This document shows positions 62,960-64,000 of a DNA stretch of 64,000 nt, piece by piece. Source of the stretch: Chrysemys picta bellii (lineage: Eukaryota); NCBI RefSeq assembly GCF_011386835.1, contig NC_088794.1, forward strand, positions 11,346,001 through 11,410,000. The letters are read 5' to 3'. The position numbers and the translations under genes are program-made. The first letter of the stretch is position 1. The number at the start of each line of letters is the position of its first letter. The notes under the pieces were generated by a model. That model searched no databases. It was not told where the DNA came from and was given only the letters and a program-made list of their open reading frames with translations.

Positions 62960-63560
62960 TTGCAGACAGGTCAGTGGAGAGCTCTGCTCAATGTGCAGCC
63001 ACTGTCAGAGCAGCAAAGCTGCGAGGATGCCGAAGGAACGAGATGGTGAATAATCGTGAGGATATTATAGCGCTTTCATGTCAGTGGATGGCGCAGTCTC
63101 CTCCGGACCCCATGCGCCGCACAAGTCGGCCCATCTCCAGCAGGATGGTGCGGATCTTGAGGGGTTCAAAGAAGGGTGACCAGAATGATCCGGGGGCCTG
63201 GAAACGTGCTCCAGCGCTGAGAGATTGAAAAGATGGGGGATTGTTACCTGAGAGGGGACGTGGGCGGGGACGGGATGGAAGTCTATAAAATACCAAAGGG
63301 AGAGCTGGAGACGTGGAAAGGGGGCAAATTCCCACCACAAGAGTGGAAAGGCTTATTTAATACAACACACCGTTAACCGGGGGAACTGCCTGCCACAAGA
63401 TTGCAGTGAGGCCAAGAGCAGGGCTCCAAAGAGGGACTGGCCATTTCTGTGGGTAACAAGACTAGGCTGAGTTTTAGTGAATGCTGTCTGCATTGGGGCA
63501 GGGATATTAGAGCTCCGGCTGTGAGGTTTAAGCCAATCTCTGATTACTAGTGATGAGGAT
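62960..63560 (+). mobile_element. Old, degraded CR1 fragment
   Basis: aagggtgaccagaatgatc...gagagattgaaaaga...gtctataaaata and gaactgcctgccacaag follow the CR1 ORF2 3' region. Confidence 0.65.
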
Positions 63561-64000
63561 GAGACCATGTGTGTGTGTGTCAGATTATCCCACATCGGAC
63601 CCTGCGGGGTTCTTACATTTTCCAGGGCAGCCGCTGGTTCCCACTACTATTAGAGACGGGAAACCGGGCTAGATGGCCCTGGGCCCTGCTTCGGTCTGCT
63701 GGGCTCCGTGTCCTCCATGGTGACTGGCCGTACCACTTGCTGCAGCCTCATGCCACCCTGTGATCACCCAGTCAGAACAGGGTTGGGTCTGGTTAGTGCT
63801 GGGAGGGGCGTGTGGTGGGTGCTGTCCCCTCGCAGTCAGTGCTGGCTCCAATGCCCCAGCGTGGTGCTAGGGGGCGCTGTGCTGCAGGGAGCACAGGTGG
63901 GATGTCACGGATCTACAGGTTCTGTGCCACGCCCTGGCCTGGAAGCCCTCCCTTGGGAAGATGCTGTCAGCACGCCAGGTCCCCAAAGGGTCAGACCTTT

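Noticed and set aside
60570-64000. RTN4RL2 exons or another gene at the right end
   Set aside because: Only CR1, MITE and low-complexity sequence seen; no leucine-rich-repeat coding signal.

Overview
GC-rich vertebrate genomic DNA, almost certainly from a turtle, judged by a tRNA-head/CR1-tail SINE, CR1 LINEs, solo LTRs and hAT MITEs of turtle type. Four spliced genes were reconstructed by hand with GT-AG junctions and consistent phases: UBE2L6 (+, 4 exons, 154 aa), SMTNL1 (-, 7 coding exons, 586 aa), TIMM10 (+, 2 coding exons, 90 aa) and SLC43A1/LAT3 (+, 14 coding exons, about 577 aa after one frameshift correction). Order and orientation match, from memory, the human 11q12 block SERPING1-UBE2L6-SMTNL1-TIMM10-SLC43A1-RTN4RL2 in reverse. 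An ~8 kb block of SLC43A1 occurs twice on either side of a 10-N gap (43309-51386 and 51397-59102) and looks like an assembly overlap. All ORFs above 700 aa in the supplied track are minisatellite artefacts. I found no unequivocally new biological system. The best leads are a UBE2L3-like UBE2L6 with IRF/STAT motifs, a 16-aa coding repeat in SMTNL1, a tandem CTCF-motif minisatellite, an HNF1+STAT module near the expected SERPING1 start, and a split hAT element in reversed order around a 230-bp duplication. Comparisons with human proteins and repeat consensuses are from memory and were not computed.
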